From Octopus bimaculoides (Eukaryota): a stretch of DNA of 36,238 nucleotides. Below the pieces are notes generated by a model that saw only the letters and a program-made list of their open reading frames with translations, ran no database searches and was not told where the DNA came from. Position numbers and translations under genes: made by a program. Shown here in pieces: positions 35,899 to 36,238 of this stretch. Where the stretch lies: positions 148,875,874-148,912,111 of the forward strand of contig NC_068981.1 in NCBI RefSeq assembly GCF_001194135.2, written 5' to 3'. Positions within the stretch are counted from its first letter, which is position 1; every line of letters starts with the position of its first letter.

Positions 35899-36238
35899 AA
35901 AAAAAAAAAATATATATATATATATACACACATAGAAATATGCATGTACACGTACAAATACACACATACAGCTACGCACGCACACACACAAATACATGCA
36001 TAATCATGCTCAAACACACGTGCATGTTAGATTTAACGAACGGGAGCAAAATAACTTTGATAGGGTTCTTTACTTTAAAACAATGGCTTGTTGCTCGGGA
36101 GTTTCCCTAGTCGTACTTTTCTGTTCTTCAAATAAGAATGTACTTTATCCAACAACAATACTGTAGAATTTCCAGGGTAGAAGGTCACTATTTCAGCGTG
36201 TGTTAGCGTGCGCGTGCATACTTACATGAGTATATATA

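Overview
AT-rich, repeat-dense eukaryotic draft-assembly window with about 14 N-gaps, almost all flanked by microsatellites. The SINE families and the microsatellite load suggest a coleoid cephalopod, probably Octopus; this is inferred from recalled repeat sequences, not from a database search. I found no host protein-coding exon, and most ORFs in the track are microsatellite or gap artefacts. Supportable content: one tRNA-His(GTG) gene with two non-canonical substitutions; a near-full-length decayed D34D mariner; remnants of Chapaev-like and DD37D (maT)-like transposases; RTE and R4/Dong non-LTR remnants, the latter inserted in (TAA)n arrays; Penelope-like remnants; a hAT-type MITE; and many tRNA-derived SINE copies. 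The most interesting signals are (i) two type I hammerhead-ribozyme-like motifs, one inside a tRNA-headed SINE, and (ii) several unrelated long palindromes of 110-690 bp, two of them interrupted by insertions flanked by direct repeats. Translations and alignments were done by eye, so remnant boundaries are approximate.
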